NCBI RefSeq assembly: GCF_000143415.4
Contig: NW_003314302.1
Location: forward strand, 1,339,752-1,403,751
Direction of reading: 5' to 3'
DNA: 64,000 bases
DNA from: Selaginella moellendorffii
Taxonomy: Eukaryota; Plantae; Lycopodiophyta
Part shown: one piece after another, positions 63,135-64,000 of the stretch
How the letters are laid out: each line of letters begins with the position of its first letter
Position numbering within the stretch: the first letter of the stretch is position 1
Made by a program: the position numbers and the translations under genes
The notes under the pieces: generated by a model
What the model was told of the DNA's origin: nothing
Seen by the model: the letters and a program-made list of their open reading frames with translations, nothing else
The model's database searches: none

Positions 63135-63959
63135 ATGAAAGTTCAAAACTATATTAAATTTTTAAGTTTAATTATAATTCTTCTGTCTTTAAATTTTATT
63201 TTCCTTAATACAGCTAAGCCTAAATTTGGACAGCTTCATGTTCTACAACCAGAAGACATGAGAACAATTATTCAAGGTATATGGAATTTAATTGGAAAAA
63301 TTCATTTAAGAAAGTTTTATCCTGCAACTTATTCAAATTCAAAAGTTATCTTGACTTCACTAGGAAATATTGAAATAATTATAAAATGTAAAGATACATG
63401 TTCTAGTTCTACAGAAGAGATCAAAGGAAACAATATTATATATGGGCTAGAAAATATTCTTCAGAAAAACTTAGTTATTTTAAATGAAAAGCTATCTAGC
63501 TATTTTGAGAATGAATCTCTTAAGTATTCAATAAGATATGCCTTAGTAGATAATTCTAATTCTAATTCTAATTCTTTATATTTTAGTTATGAAAAGTATA
63601 CTACAATAAAAAATTTAGATAATTGCTATTTTATTAATAGTAATTTATATCATGGTTCAGCTCTTTATTCTGAAAACTTTTTAATTTCTCCAAACTCTAA
63701 GGTTATACTCTATTTGACTTTATCTTGTCATTTAATTTTATTTTACAAAAATTTAGAAATTTGGAGAGTTAGGCCTATAGAAAAGAATATATTTAACTGT
63801 ATTTTAATTTTAGAAAATCAAGCTAATTTAGTTTTAAAATATAATACAAAATTATTATGGTCAACAAGAAAATATTGTAAAATCAGTGCTTGGCATCTGA
63901 AAAGGCGTGTGCGTCAGGCCATGAAGCGTGCGGTCCGTCGTGCGGGCTCGGTAAGCTAA
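63135..63959 (+). CDS. AT-rich intronless ORF: signal peptide, unknown domain, bulb-type (B-) lectin-like domain; 3' end probably disrupted
   Basis: MKVQNYIKFLSLIIILLSLNFIFL; C-terminal LISPNSKVILYLTLSCHLILF...IWRV...CILILENQANLVLKY..KLLWST follows B-lectin repeat spacing. The last ~24 codons come from a GC-rich segment starting ~63883. Confidence 0.5.
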   Translation: MKVQNYIKFLSLIIILLSLNFIFLNTAKPKFGQLHVLQPEDMRTIIQGIWNLIGKIHLRKFYPATYSNSKVILTSLGNIEIIIKCKDTCSSSTEEIKGNNIIYGLENILQKNLVILNEKLSSYFENESLKYSIRYALVDNSNSNSNSLYFSYEKYTTIKNLDNCYFINSNLYHGSALYSENFLISPNSKVILYLTLSCHLILFYKNLEIWRVRPIEKNIFNCILILENQANLVLKYNTKLLWSTRKYCKISAWHLKRRVRQAMKRAVRRAGSVS

Positions 63960-63961
63960 AA

Positions 63962-63994
<33 letters not shown>

Positions 63995-64000
63995 CTTTTT

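Noticed and set aside
63300-63540. KP4/Ecp2-like toxin domain in the 63-kb ORF
   Set aside because: Resemblance limited to a few residues and the expected cysteine pattern is absent; cannot be supported without a profile search.

Overview
Plant nuclear DNA, most likely from a lycophyte such as Selaginella. This is inferred from 38-70 nt introns, ~100-300 bp intergenic gaps, GC-rich exons and a PLS-type PPR fragment. Host genes: a 9-exon CYP90-like P450 (1.9-3.8 kb, -) and a dense island at 18.2-27.3 kb with PDV2, IRE1 (spanning an N gap), a stand-alone archaeal-type RibB (DHBP synthase)-like gene, a CLE peptide precursor and an intronless PUT/RMV1 polyamine transporter. The rest is nested, C>T-decayed mobile DNA: several copies of a short-LTR Ty3/gypsy family, a chimeric gypsy, solo LTRs, a complete TRIM, 5S-rRNA-bearing Cassandra-like TRIMs, and Helitron and LINE fragments. 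The most striking feature is a 12.9-kb TIR-bounded Sola-like DNA transposon (39889-52752). It carries a DDD transposase and a divergent multi-exon accessory gene reading as ParB-like + degenerate beta-class DNA-methyltransferase fold + FCP1-like phosphatase. The element holds over 20 copies of one 22-bp palindrome, four of them at an equivalent position inside tiny introns. All family assignments come from motif recognition by eye; no searches were run.
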